A DNA stretch of 63,761 bases, filler included, from Squatina squatina (Eukaryota), in the NCBI GenBank assembly GCA_031763465.1. It is 4 parts of 4 records of this genome, joined end to end, with 100 filler letters (N's around TTAATTAATTAA, not from the genome) between each part and the next. Parts side by side here need not be neighbours in the genome. Positions count along the whole stretch, not along the records: positions 31,561 to 50,696 come from JARFOE010000080.1; positions 50,797 to 63,761 come from JARFOE010000013.1; 2 more parts are not named here. One strand, written 5' to 3'. The notes beneath the pieces are model-generated. The model did no database searches and was not told the origin of the DNA. It saw nothing but the letters and a program-made list of their open reading frames with translations. Position numbers and translations under genes: made by a program. Of this stretch, positions 45,626 through 59,142 are shown one piece after another (position 1 is the stretch's first letter; each line of letters starts with the position of its first letter).

Positions 45626-48600
45626 TGATGGTGTAGCTCCAAGTCCTTGATGATATTCACACAAGAGAACTAATGATTGTGACAACTAGGTTTTTCATGA
45701 TGAAGAAAATCAGATATGTGGTTCAATCAATTAAATTAACTTTCAACCAGCACATATATAACTCCAGCCGATTTTGGTGTATCATTCGAATCCACTTAAA
45801 TGAGCATTTCATTATAAATTGGCTCTCAGACACTGTTCAAATAACTTAGAAATTAATTTTAAGAATAATTATGCGCTGTCATTTTTATCGTGATATCTGC
45901 TACAATTATGTAACAAAATTAATCAAAAATCAACAAACGTATAGTTCACATGAGCAAGTGTACTATTTTGAGTACACCAGCATGATACATTTACCTTGCA
46001 TAATATGCTCATGTCAGGAGCTGTCAGAACATACTGAGGGTTGTGTTTTAGCCACTTTAGGTATTTTCATTCTGTGACAGGGGAAGTGAAAACTTGCAGC
46101 ATGAGAGAATCATGAACTGCTGATCAATTAAGGCAAGCTGTGCCAAATATGTTTACTTTTCATTAAGCAGATCTTCATTCAGTGTTCTTTGCAGAGCTTG
46201 GTAAATATCATGTAGTGTTTAATCTTGGTGTATCTTTGCAGACGAAGGAGAAAAATGTTTTAAAAACTATTTTCAGTAAGTTCAGGAACTTGAAGATGGC
46301 AAGACTTTAGTTGAGTGGGTCAAACCTTTGTAAGAAATTTCCAGGTGTCAGTTTAATTTGAATCTATTTTCCACTGCTCAAGCAGAAACTGTATTTTGAC
46401 TGAATGGTCACCAGTTTGAATAGTGTTCAAATCCACCAATTAAGCCGATTACTAATGCAGTCATAAACTAACCGGGAACCAGTTACATTGACCACCATAA
46501 CTGAAGGCTTCTGCCATGAGCAGAATTTAGATCAACTCAGACCAGACTTAAAGGACACGCCATTGAAAAAAAAAGTCTATCAAGTTATATTTGTACCATT
46601 ATTCACTGTGCAATATTTTACCTTCATTACTTGGAACATGGTAGAATCATGAGCGACAGCAGTAAATCTTTGCATACATGGCGAAGTGGTAACGTTTTAT
46701 AAGCTAAATCGTGCCAGCACTATTCTGTAACTGCATTATGCAGAAAAGGCACAACTGAGAATGTGCTTTGAATAATTTATAGTCANNNNNNNNNNNNNNN
46801 NNNNNNNNNNNNNNNNNNNNNNNNNNNNNNNNNNNNNNNNNNNNNNNNNNNNNNNNNNNNNNNNNNNNNNNNNNNNNNNNNNNNNTGCTCCATGGCTGCA
46901 ATGCATTGCCTGAAGTCACAGGTCTTCAGTTAGGACAATAAGGGTAATTTAGAACAGGTTTTAAAAAAGTACAGTTTACTGGCCGAGCAATAGCTTCACA
47001 ACTCTTCAGGATAGAAATGGAGGCTCCCCTGATGGCTCTGCTGTTTCAAGTTATGATTCGCTCCGAAGTGGAGTGCTGTGTTTTAGTGATAGTAGTGCTA
47101 AAGTTGACTCAGCACCACTGGGTTTCATAGAAGGGAAAATCAGCCAGATTCCCAGTCTTGATCACTATCCAGAAACTCCTGCTNNNNNNNNNNGACATCT
47201 GGCGAGAATAGAACCAAGCCTGGTGGCGATGCTCTTGCAGATAGCCTGCCAAAGCTCAATGCTGGCACATGAAGAACAGCAATGTATTGGAGGGTTCCCA
47301 GCATTTGTAGCAATTGGACCCAAACAAGGAGGGTGGGATAAAACTAGCAGAAAAAAGTTTAAAAGAAACTGCACAAACCTATCTCTCCGTCTTGTGCACC
47401 AAATTGTGCTTTTTCACTTTTTGCAATTTCTCTCATCATTTCACTAACATTCTTGTGCATGCACTTTTGCCCCAGAAGCTTGCTGTGGGACCTAACTGCT
47501 CTCTATGCAGCTAATTGAAATGGTTCCAACTGCAGCAGCTCACCCTGAGCTCCGGTAGTGGTAACAGAGGACTCTCAGAAATTGCAGCAAGAACACAAAA
47601 CGTTGACTAAGACAAGCATGGGAAACAAGGGAAGGAAAATACTTGGAATGAAACAAGATTATGGCTGTCCAGAGTGTTTTAAACACAAATAATCTGCTCG
47701 TCAAGAACAGGAAAATGTTGCTGAGAAATGAAACATTTCCACTTTTCCCTCTCAGTGTCAGCCTTAAGCATTCCCAGGTCACGTATAGCTCAACCTACAT
47801 AAAGAATAATATTACTAAACTCAAACCTCAGAAGAAAAAGCCTGCTGCACTCATTTCAAATTTTCTATTTTCCACACTATCTGACATGGACATACTTGTG
47901 GCCTTTGTGACTGAGATTGACGATATTGTGTACCCTAGATTGATGTACACTAATATGATGACAGATTGAACTTATTTTACTTTGGACCCTTAATATGGTA
48001 CAAAGTTGGGGGGCCCAAGATGTACTACTCTTAAAACTGAAAGACATATGAACAGTGTAGAATATAGCATTAAGTGAGACGTTTCTGTCAGCTTGATCCT
48101 GTCTCAATGTCCTCAGGAAATGTAATTGTTACTGTGATTTAGTATCTTCATGCACAATTTGACACATCATTTTAAGTCCACTCTGAGAACCATACCTAAG
48201 TACTTAAGGAAATTGACATCTTCCTGGATGATCATAACAGAAGCTAAGTTATATCGCCACCTGCAAAAGTCAAACATATTTCTTTGCATTTAATGTTAAA
48301 TTATATTTATCAAAGGTAGATACCAAGATATTAATCTTATGCCTATTTGGCCTTTTACTTTTCTCATGAATGAATCCCAGGACAGCACTATCATCAGCAT
48401 GCACTGTGGCTGGAAAGCAGAGTAATCATTCACTTGTACAATTAGTAAAACACAAGAGGAAGGTGCAGTGCGCTGGTTCACCAACGTGCTGTGCCACAAG
48501 GTTTGCGTCTGAATTCCCACTTGGGAGTTTCTTAATCATGGCTGGATTGCAGTGGGAGATACTGAGCACAGGTAAGGCACTTCTTTTATGGAGACAGAAG

Positions 48601-50696
48601 GAAATAAAAATCAGAAGATGAGTCATTCGAAGCTACTTGTGGACAAATTGAATCCCGAACAGCATTTGCAGAAAAAAGGGAGCNNNNNNNNNNNNNNNNN
48701 NNNNNNNNNNNNNNNNNNNNNNNNNNNNNNNNNNNNNNNNNNNNNNNNNNNNNNNNNNNNNNNNNNNNNNNNNNNNNNNNNNNCCCCACCGTCTCATAAA
48801 TCAAGTGAAAAACTCTTAAAAATCATGAGGTTTGCTATACAGTGCATGAATTGCTACTTTGTTCCTGACCCGACCCCTTGCTGACGTTTGATCCTCAGCA
48901 GGAAGTGCATTCTGTGACCTTTGCTCCCAGACAGGAAGCGCATTCGCCCATCCTTAACCGATGCCTGACATAAGAACATAAGAAATAGGAGCAGGAGTAG
49001 GTGGATGGATGCCCCGCTGTCGCGTCACTCGCAGGCCGGCCTCGCTCTCCTTATGACCGTTACTCTTCCTGGAAAATAACCTTCACTTCAGACACCTGGA
49101 GGTGATTTTCCACGTGAGCAAGTATAATAGATGATTGTTTTGTTGGTAAACGTTGTTAGTGCCTTAGTATCTGTTACCAATAAATTAAGATACCCAATTA
49201 GTCCTCAGCCACAATAATCATATTTTACAACAGCAGAAGAGTGACTTGACCCCTATAAGACGCAAGGCATAAGAGATGATTTCCTTGACCTCAGGCACGC
49301 TGCTGGTATCCAGGATCAGAAGTCAGTCAAGTGTGGACTACGTAGAAGACTTCAGCATTGAGCTGTTGGAGCTTGTTCTTGAAGTCCTGGTGACATATTT
49401 CTAAACGCTCCACTCCAAGGCAGTGAGCCCTTCAGTGATTTTTTTTTTGAGGCATTCCATTTCCTCTTACCTCATCATCAGGAACTACCAGAGATACTCA
49501 ATCTCTTACACCTAACTGAATCTACTCCGTTAAATTATCCACTTATCACCAGTGAAGCTGTTACTGGAAAGTCAGTATAGAAAACTTGTCCATAGATTCA
49601 GAGCCACAGCGTTTATTGATGATGACCATAACATGCACATTGTGGCACATTTAGCACTCATCCTGCAAACTCAATGCAATGAGATAAATCACCATCTTTG
49701 CCTTTCTCCGCTCTGTTACTTGCATGTTGGGCATAGAGGCAGCAGTAGGCTCAGGTAATATGAATGAATGTAAGTATCAAAACTAGAGAAAAGTGACCTA
49801 TCCTATGCTAGGTAATTTATTTTTCTTTGCACTTGTATATAGCTTTGCCTCATTTTTCTTCTGAGCAGTTTCTTGAGAGAATCAGTTTGTGTGACCTGTT
49901 ATCACCATCTGGAGGTATGAAATTTCTCACCTTGGCACAAGAGATTCCTTTAAATGAATAATGATCAGATGGTCTCTAACCTCCCATGCAAATGCAACCC
50001 CGTGCTTTAATAGGGCAAACTATTCTTTGTTCTTCATCATCTAGCATGAGTGCATTCCTCAGCATGCAGNNNNNNNNNNNNNNNNNNNNNNNNNNNNNNN
50101 NNNNNNNNNNNNNNNNNNNNNNNNNNNNNNNNNNNNNNNNNNNNNNNNNNNNNNNNNNNNNNNNNNNNNTCACCTTAGTTAATGTTTGGAATAAATGTGA
50201 CATATATGTGACATTATAATACGTCAAGAGAATCATAGCTGCCTGGAAATTTAATACGAGATTAAATATCATGAAGCCTGTAGGCCTTCGGTGCTGAGCA
50301 GACGCTGAGTGTTCGAATGCTTTACTAGTAAGTGACTGAGAATATACTAGATATTTGATAATAATCAGTCTACCATTCCCCAATATTTATGTCGTAACTT
50401 TCTATCGCTCTCACTAAGAGAATTTATGGAGGACATTATGGGAGAATCCATGAGCTTATAAGGCAGGTGTCAGGTATAATAGAAATCTAACATCAGTGCA
50501 ATGTAACTGCACGGCATTTCAGAGACCATGGCCGAAGGCTCGAAAGTGGGCGTGGGCAATGCAAAGCGTTATGTGCCCACGCCTGTTCAAAGTGGTGCAG
50601 GCAGCACACAAAATTTGTGCTGCCTGCTCATTATAGTGATTGTAGTACTTATCTTGTTGCTAAATGCGCTGCTGATTGGCTTAATGCTGAAGGGGG

Positions 50697-50796
50697 NNNN
50701 NNNNNNNNNNNNNNNNNNNNNNNNNNNNNNNNNNNNNNNNTTAATTAATTAANNNNNNNNNNNNNNNNNNNNNNNNNNNNNNNNNNNNNNNNNNNN
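50697..50796. other. Synthetic scaffold linker N44-TTAATTAATTAA-N44
   Basis: Same structure as 14452-14551. Confidence 0.95.
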
Positions 50797-53133
50797 TTAA
50801 GAGCTCAGGTGGCCTGGTAAGTGATTAATCCTCATGAGGTAGTTCAGTGAATTGGTCCAGTGGAATCCATTTTGCCCACTTTGCACTGCATCTGCACCCA
50901 GTTACGCTGATTTTCAACCCCATTTAGACCCCGCCTGAAAAAAAAGTTAAAGTGACCAATACCCGCCGTTTAACAGAACGGCGCAAAAAACAGCCCTATT
51001 CGGCACCTTAATTTGCCAACAGGGCGCAATTCAATTGGGGCCCCTCAAACTTGTCCATTTCCAGCACTGGAAAGGGATATTGGTTCAGTCATTGCTGTAA
51101 ATACTTTTTTTCTGCACATACAGAGCAGTAGGATATGATTTATTTCCTTGTGGTGCTAATCATAACTCACTCATGACTTCATTGGTCATGAGTTATCGGC
51201 TCGGTTCACTTGTGAGATATATGTCATATTCCACGGATCTTCATAATGTATCATATATTTAATAAATGGTGAAGTTGTAAGTAACTGAAAAATTCCTCTG
51301 GACTGAGTTTCTACCTCTGCATAGCTTGTCAAAATGAAGTAATTCCTCCCTGGACAGATAGATAGATCTTCAGTGAGCTTAATATCTTTTTCTCCTCAAG
51401 ATTTGAAATTGCATGGTTTCTTATCGAGCCATAATTCAGGGCTGTACCAAACACCGTTACAGGAGATTTATACAAGTTGAAATTGATGCTACTTCAAAGA
51501 TGCTCTAATAGGGTTTTCTCAGAGGCAAATGGATCATCTATAAATGGATAGGTACAAAATCAAATGGAAATGCATGACGCCATGTCATCTTTTATTGGTC
51601 TCTATAGTAAAGGATTAAGATCTGAGTTGAGCAATTTAACAACCAAGGGAGAAAAGTAGTAATTAGCAAAAGGAGCCTCAGGCCTCCTCGTTTTCTTGGA
51701 AGAGTTAGGGTATAAAGGCTAATACAAAGGTGCATTTCTTAGCCCTGAATGAATTATTATATAGCTTATTAATAGGAGTGAAAAAGCATTGGACTGATCA
51801 ACAAAGGAATCTTTCTAATAATGTGACTGAATTTAGGAACTACAATCATTAAGATTGGCACAACTCTGCTGCAAGAGTTTTGAAGTATTGCCAGTCATTG
51901 TTTTAACATTTTGAGTTGTAGAAGGGTGTGTTTAATGGCAAGGTAAAAGACAGGGTACAGGTTTGATCTTTCAAGAACTGAGTTCCTGGCATCAGTTGTG
52001 CTACTGTGGAAACTTATTGGGGTAGATTTTAACATTAATTTAATAAATTAACATTGCCCATTACGCAGCTGCGATTTTGAGGCCTAGGCCACAGAAATGT
52101 TGACCAACTGGGACACTGGCAGCAGGGAATGGTGGCATAATGGCCTGGACTAATGATCCAAAGACATGAGTTCAAATCCCACNNNNNNNNNNNNNNNNNN
52201 NNNNNNNNNNNNNNNNNNNNNNNNNNNNNNNNNNNNNNNNNNNNNNNNNNNNNNNNNNNNNNNNNNNNNNNNNNNNNNNNNNATTTAAGTGCTGAAATAA
52301 AAATCCCCAGCTGCGCCCGCACTCACCTCTCTCCTCCTCCGAGTCCGGCGCTCAAAAAGTGTACTCATACATCTTTCCCTAACCCCTTTAGATTAATTCC
52401 AAATCACCCATTATGACCTAAGAAAATGATTTTGCAAAGATTTCCATTTGGTGGTGTAATTTTCCTGTTTCTATCTAAAAATCTTCAATCACTTCCTCTT
52501 GTCCAATTTTACCCATCCCAGTAGTTACCATTTTATCTCATTCATGAGCCCTGGAGGAACTTTACTGTTTAATACATAATATCATAATCATAATATCTTT
52601 AAATATAGACTAAACGTTCATACTTTTTCCAAGTTATTACATTTTGTTTGCTTATTTTACTTTAGCCTTTTATTTATCAAAATAATCCACTATATTGTGC
52701 TTGAGTCCATTTTATCATTTCAAAATTATCCCAAATTCAAAGAGCAGTACTGTTGGACTGACAGGACTTGTTGATGTAAAAATGTTATTTCCCCAAAATT
52801 TTGAGACAGAACAGCTTGCAATTACTTTTGGAGGTAATTCCTGTATCTCCCTCCCCACCACCCCACCCCCCGAGCACTCTGTCTCAGAAGATAATAGTCT
52901 ATTAAAGTTAAGGCCTTTAGAGGCAAAGTGTTAGTCAAAATCATCACCGCGCTGTGACATTTGATATCTGCTGATGGCTACAGATAAGGTCTTAAATTTT
53001 TCACATTACTTGATCTCCACCTGCACCACCACTTTTCCAGTAACTGTTGCTCCGTAACTCTGCGAAGCCACTCTAATATCAATGAACTCAATAATCCTGC
53101 ACCGTTAACACTCATGTGGTCCCAAAACAAATG

Positions 53134-53765
53134 GGGGCTGAAATTAGGTCCTGCCCCATTTAAAACGTGTATGGGGCGGGAGTCGGCATTTTGCTTGCCG
53201 GCGCCCACCCCGCCCGGCCGTCCCAGAATTCGGTGCTCCAAAGCACCTGCGGGACGTAGCGCGCTCCCGGACCGCACCTGGGGCACGCTGATGCCAGCAG
53301 GAGAGCCGGGCCTCCCTTAGAGGGGAGAGCCGCCGGCGATCCTGAAAGCGCTAACCTGGGCCACCAGGGCCGTCGGCGACTAGGCTGCCATGTATCGACC
53401 GATAAATAAAAATGCTGGCCAGAGGTGCAGACATCCTCCCCTTTAAGGGGTCCGTTGCAGCGACAGGTTTTATTGTTGCTGCAATCACCCTGCACTGTGG
53501 CCACCTCCCGTGGATGAATTCCACCGATGGGACTCAAATGGAGCAGTGAGGGCGTTGCGGCTGCGCGTGCGGTTCGGCGCACGTTTTGATGATGTTACAC
53601 GCCAACCCGCCTTGAAATTCAGCTGGGCACGCGCAAAGGCCTTTGCACTCCAGCTGAATTTTGGGGGAGCTGAAATGGCCGCCTCCCCATGCTTTTTTTT
53701 TTAACGTCCCATTAGCGCTCCTCAGAGGCACTAATGGGACGTTGAAATAGGCCAATTTCGGCCCC
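53134..53765. mobile_element. Complete GC-rich Harbinger-type MITE (632 bp) with 3-bp target-site duplication
   Basis: TIRs GGGGCTGAAATT and AATTTCGGCCCC; ATG at both 53131-53133 and 53766-53768; CpG-rich interior. Confidence 0.8.
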
Positions 53766-54360
53766 ATGGTACTTCCATATTCTTCAGTACCATAAACATG
53801 GCTGGGATAATGCATGGTCACGGGATACAAGAATTTCCCCCACCCCACCAGCTCATTTAGTCGATGCTATGACCTGTTTAGATTTGTTTCAAGTCTTGAT
53901 CTGTGCCATGTTGTCTTAGCTAACGTGGTGCAATTGGTCACAACTTCTTTGAGCTGTGGAGAAAGAGAGAAAAAAGACAGTGTGCCCACTCCTGGTTCAT
54001 GGCCACTGATCTTTGCTGGAAGTGTGCAAGTGTAGTTTGGGTTCAACTGTGGTGGCCTCCATAACTGAACAGCCCATGCGTACTCAGCATGGAGATTCGT
54101 AGATGAATGTTGGCCATTCTGACGAACATCAGGTGGTGAACCTTACCCATCAGATCATGCATTAGCATTATCTGCCGCCTGCAATGGGGATGTAAAATAA
54201 GTGATTCTGACAGCTCCAAGTGACGGTATGTCAATTTGATCAACTGATATAAAGTTTCATTGAGCAATTGTATGCAATGTTGCAACTTCAAATTCTTAAG
54301 TCAAATTTATGCAGAGAAGAGGGTTGACCACCGATTATAAAAATACCTGCAGAAGTCAGT

Positions 54361-54963
54361 GGCCCTGAATTTGCGATTGGAGGCTTCCTGCGTGCGGATG
54401 CCTCTGATCGCAAAAAAGTCTACGAACTTACCTGAGGGTCCTCGATGCACCCGAGCTTGCGTTTTTCTCACTCCACAGATGTCCATGGATGCCGCAGCTC
54501 CTCTCATTCCCAGGGATGTCCAGCAGAGACTGTGGAGAGTTCACATGGGAAGCTCCAACCAATCAGGTCGGAGTATCTTTCATTCGAGCTTTTGACAGAT
54601 ATGACAGGTCTGTGAAAGCTTGAATGAAAGATGAAAAACAACAGAAACACATTCCAAAACATTTCACAAACTGTTCTGACATTAAAATGTAATAAAAATG
54701 AGATAAATAAGACAAAAAAATGTTTTTTGAAATGAAAAAAAATCTTTTAAAATGTATAAAAACATACTTACCTTAATGGGAATGGTTCTAAAGTAATGTC
54801 CCATTAATTTTTTTGATTTAAAATTTTTTAACAACTCATATGCTGGTAAAACTAAGCAGATACGCTTGGTTTTACCATTCGTAAAAAACTGCAACAGATT
54901 TCCAGTGATAGCGTTGAAAAAATCTTGCAAATCTCAGCGCTGGAAATCTGTTTTGCAGCCTAA
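54361..54963. mobile_element. Probable Harbinger-type non-autonomous element, one end visible
   Basis: Begins GGCCCTGAATTTGCG, followed by a 19-bp-arm hairpin; runs into a gap. Confidence 0.45.
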
Positions 54964-57900
54964 NNNNNNNNNNNNNNNNNNNNNNNNNNNNNNNNNNNNN
55001 NNNNNNNNNNNNNNNNNNNNNNNNNNNNNNNNNNNNNNNNNNNNNNNNNNNNNNNNNNNNNNNCTCTTCTAGAATGTTGTTGATCTTTGAACTGTCATAT
55101 AGCAGAAGATTATGTCATATCATGTATTAATCTATCAGAAATGTTTCAAACATTAACTTAGAGCAAACAACAAACCTTTAAAACAGATACTTAGGAATAG
55201 ATTTTTCATGATGTTAGCAGCCAGTCAGCTGACATGCAAAAAATGGAGGAAAGGTTCTTTTTTTAATTCTTTGGCTGTTGCTGTTTTGTATTTATTTGAT
55301 GCGCAGGTTGCTATACTTCCTTTAAATTGTTGCATTAATGAAAATGCCAGCAAGGCAAAACCCTAACAGGCTTCCTAGCCGAAGCAGCTACAGTTCCATT
55401 CACTGATAAATAGCGATATAAATAATGTAAAACCACGAGCACTTCTGTTATTCCCCCCCAAACCTGTGCAAATATTGGTTAGGAATAACAGATTTATATG
55501 AAAATGGCATCAAAAGCATCAGAAGAAAAGAAAAGCAGTAAACAGCTCTCGGCATCGAATTTTGTTATTACATAAACCTATGCAACACTCCTGTGAATAA
55601 TTCACAGAAGCAATGAGATGACAGGCCAAACACGCCTATTTTGTCAGTGTTATCTCACAAGGTCGTTAGACAGAATTTAGACTAGAATGAGCTGAGAAGG
55701 GCCAAAGGGAATCGTAACCCATCTAGGTGTGGTGATGTTGCTGTAAAGAAAATGAAATATAATGAGATACTGCTCCATGCATTATTCATGTGAAAAGATG
55801 ACTGTATAAAACTGCCAGGATTTTGACAAGGCAAGCCTGCAATCATGCACATTATCCTCCCTGTGGAATTTGTTTTTTATAATATTGGTCAAGAGAGGGC
55901 CATAAATGCAGTGAAAAATAAAGTTGACAGGTTTCCAAATGCACTGGATCATACTGAAGTGTGTAGCTGATGGGTGTAGAATTTGGATAAATGAACACAT
56001 TCTAAAAAAAAACCTGTGTCATTTTCATATCCATTAAAATTTAGTTTAGATAACGGTATTTTTACCTGCAAATTCCATTTACATTTATCCTGTGTACCAT
56101 AATATTTATGCATTTAAACATTACACTTGCAGATATTTTGCCAGTTTATACAATGCCACAATTAAACACACTGCCGGAGAAATCATTAAACATTATTAAG
56201 TTCATTACCATGGTCTTGTTGAGATTCAACACAGTTTGAAGGCAATTATTTATAAAGGATACCGTGATCTGTGACGTGATATGGTATACTATCTTCTGGC
56301 TGACTTTATTATGCTGTTTGATATCACAACAAATATGTATCACATTAAAACATTGTTCTAATAAACATGCAGTTAAGAAATTTTGAAAAGGAAACTGATG
56401 AAGTTAATAAGTTATATGTATGCAAGTGTGAAGTAACCACTGGAACAAATGTCAAGCTTAACCATTTGGTTCATGATGGGCAACAGAGCTNNNNNNNNNN
56501 NNNNNNNNNNNNNNNNNNNNNNNNNNNNNNNNNNNNNNNNNNNNNNNNNNNNNNNNNNNNNNNNNNNNNNNNNNNNNNNNNNNNNNNNNNNNNNNNNNNN
56601 NNNNNNNNNNNNNNNNNNNNNNNNNNNNNNNNNNNNNNNNNNNNNNNNNNNNNNNNNNNNNNNNNNNNNNNNNNNNNNNNNNNNNNNNNNNNNNNNNNNN
56701 NNNNNNNNNNNNNNNNNNNNNNNNNNNNNNNNNNNNNNNNNNNNNNNNNNNNNNNNNNNNNNNNNNNNNNNNNNNNNNNNNNNNNNNNNNNNNNNNNNNN
56801 NNNNNNNNNNNNNNNNNNNNNNNNNNNNNNNNNNNNNNNNNNNNNNNNNNNNNNNNNNNNNNNNNNNNNNNNNNNNNNNNNNNNNNNNNNNNNNNNNNNN
56901 NNNNNNNNNNNNNNNNNNNNNNNNNNNNNNNNNNNNNNNNNNNNNNNNNNNNNNNNNNNNNNNNNNNNNNNNNNNNNNNNNNNNNNNNNNNNNNNNNNNN
57001 NNNNNNNNNNNNNNNNNNNNNNNNNNNNNNNNNNNNNNNNNNNNNNNNNNNNNNNNNNNNNNNNNNNNNNNNNNNNNNNNNNNNNNNNNNNNNNNNNNNN
57101 NNNNNNNNNNNNNNNNNNNNNNNNNNNNNNNNNNNNNNNNNNNNNNNNNNNNNNNNNNNNNNNNNNNNNNNNNNNNNNNNNNNNNNNNNNNNNNNNNNNN
57201 NNNNNNNNNNNNNNNNNNNNNNNNNNNNNNNNNNNNNNNNNNNNNNNNNNNNNNNNNNNNNNNNNNNNNNNNNNNNNNNNNNNNNNNNNNNNNNNNNNNN
57301 NNNNNNNNNNNNNNNNNNNNNNNNNNNNNNNNNNNNNNNNNNNNNNNNNNNNNNNNNNNNNNNNNNNNNNNNNNNNNNNNNNNNNNNNNNNNNNNNNACG
57401 TTTGACTATTAGCCCAGGAATCCATGCATCCCAAATGCAATCTCATGTGCCAATGAGTCATTATTTTCTCTTGATGAGAAAGGAAACATTGGAAATTTTA
57501 GAATTAATCCCAAATGTATGATAATTACTAAAAATAATTGTGTTGTTCATAATTTGCAAGGTATGTTCAATTAACAAGAGAGTCTCTGGAAACATTTGTT
57601 CTGGATGCAATATTTTTACTTAAAGCAAAGGCTAACTTTTAATCTGAACATTATACAACATTACAGTTTATATATGATATGTCCATAAATTCATAATTTA
57701 ATGGAATGAGCCCAACGTCTCCTGTTTCTGAAGAAGTTGTGTTCAGATTGCACTGTATGGTTTGACATTCAATACAGTAATTTTCAGGAGCAGCTGAATA
57801 TATTAAAATTCATTGAAAAAATGAAAGTTCAAATCACCTCATAACTAGATAGTAATGAAAATGTCAACAGCATCATTTTGTGTTTTTTTGACAAATGGTA

Positions 57901-58618
57901 TAAATATATTACCTATTTCCTTAATAAAAGAGTTAACTGGAGAACATCAAAATGCCATTAAATATTCCATTTGTAGTGTGATTTAATGCTGAGACTATAT
58001 GAGGAACCTTCATTTGTGCAGCATTGTAATAGATTCTCCCTTCCTGATAAAATTGCGCTATACCAATAGAAAGACAAATTTGTTTGTTTTATTTGGTCTA
58101 TATTATCTTATTCATGTACTGATCCTTGCTGTCTCCTCAGCTGAGTGCTTCAAAGAAATCTCTTGCTACTTTATCAACAAAGCAATGTTTGTATCCATGT
58201 CTTTCTCTTCAGCAATTTCAAAATTAATGGGCTTTTCTAAAGAAACCAATATATCCTGCAGCACGCACTGATGCCTCAGCAGTAACCCAGCGTCTATTTT
58301 ATACTGGTACACTCGCACATATATGTAAAGGGTTAAAAAATAATACAAGTAAACACATTCCAATTCAATTAGTCGCCATTATGGTTGTTTTAAAATCAGC
58401 TCTGCGGGTGCCTCCAGTACTACAATTTATTTGACAACGCTTCTCTTTATTCATTCAAATAGACGAGATCAAAGCAAACCTTTTGAGTCAGATCCTCTCC
58501 TGAAGTAAAATAGCCTCACTCTGAACTAATTGTTCAAAGAATAATCTAAAGCTTCGGAGTGTTTGATATATGTCTTTAAATTAGTTATTTTGTCTCCCCA
58601 TGAAATTTGAAAATCAAA

Positions 58619-59142
58619 TAAAGAACATAAGAAAGTGGAGCAGAAGTAGGCCATTCGGCCCCTCAAGCCTGCTCCGCCATTCAATGAGTTCATGGCTGAT
58701 CTGATTCTGGCCTTAACTCCACTTTCCTGTTGATCAAAAATCTGTCTATCTCAGCCTTGAATATATTCGATGACTCAGCCTCCACAGCTCTCTGGGGTAA
58801 AGAATTCCAAAGATTCACAACCCTCTGAGAGAAGAATTTCTTCCTCATCTCGGTCTTAAATGGACGACCCCTTATTCAGAGACTATGCCCCCTAGTTTTA
58901 GATTCCCCCGAGAGGGGAAACACCTTCTTAGCATTTACCCTGTCAGCCCCCCTCAGAATCTTATATGATTCAATAAGATCATCTCTCATTCTTCTAAACT
59001 CCAATGAGCATAGGCCCAACCTGCTCAACCAGGAATCAGCCTAGTGAACCTTCTCTGAACTGCCTCCAATGCAAGTATATCCTTCCTTAAATAAGGGGAT
59101 CAAAGCTCCAGATCCAGTACTCCAGGTGTAGCAAGACTTCCC
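58619..59142 (-). mobile_element. CR1-type LINE 3' end
   Basis: Tail ATAAAGAACATAAGAAA.TGGAGCAGAAGTAGGCCATTCGGCCC, then the antisense of the RMRxDLIE and FSQRVVNLWNSLP region. Confidence 0.85.

Noticed and set aside
52978-53848. Overlapping GC-rich ORFs or a CpG-island promoter
   Set aside because: Explained by the TIR/TSD-bounded MITE at 53134-53765.
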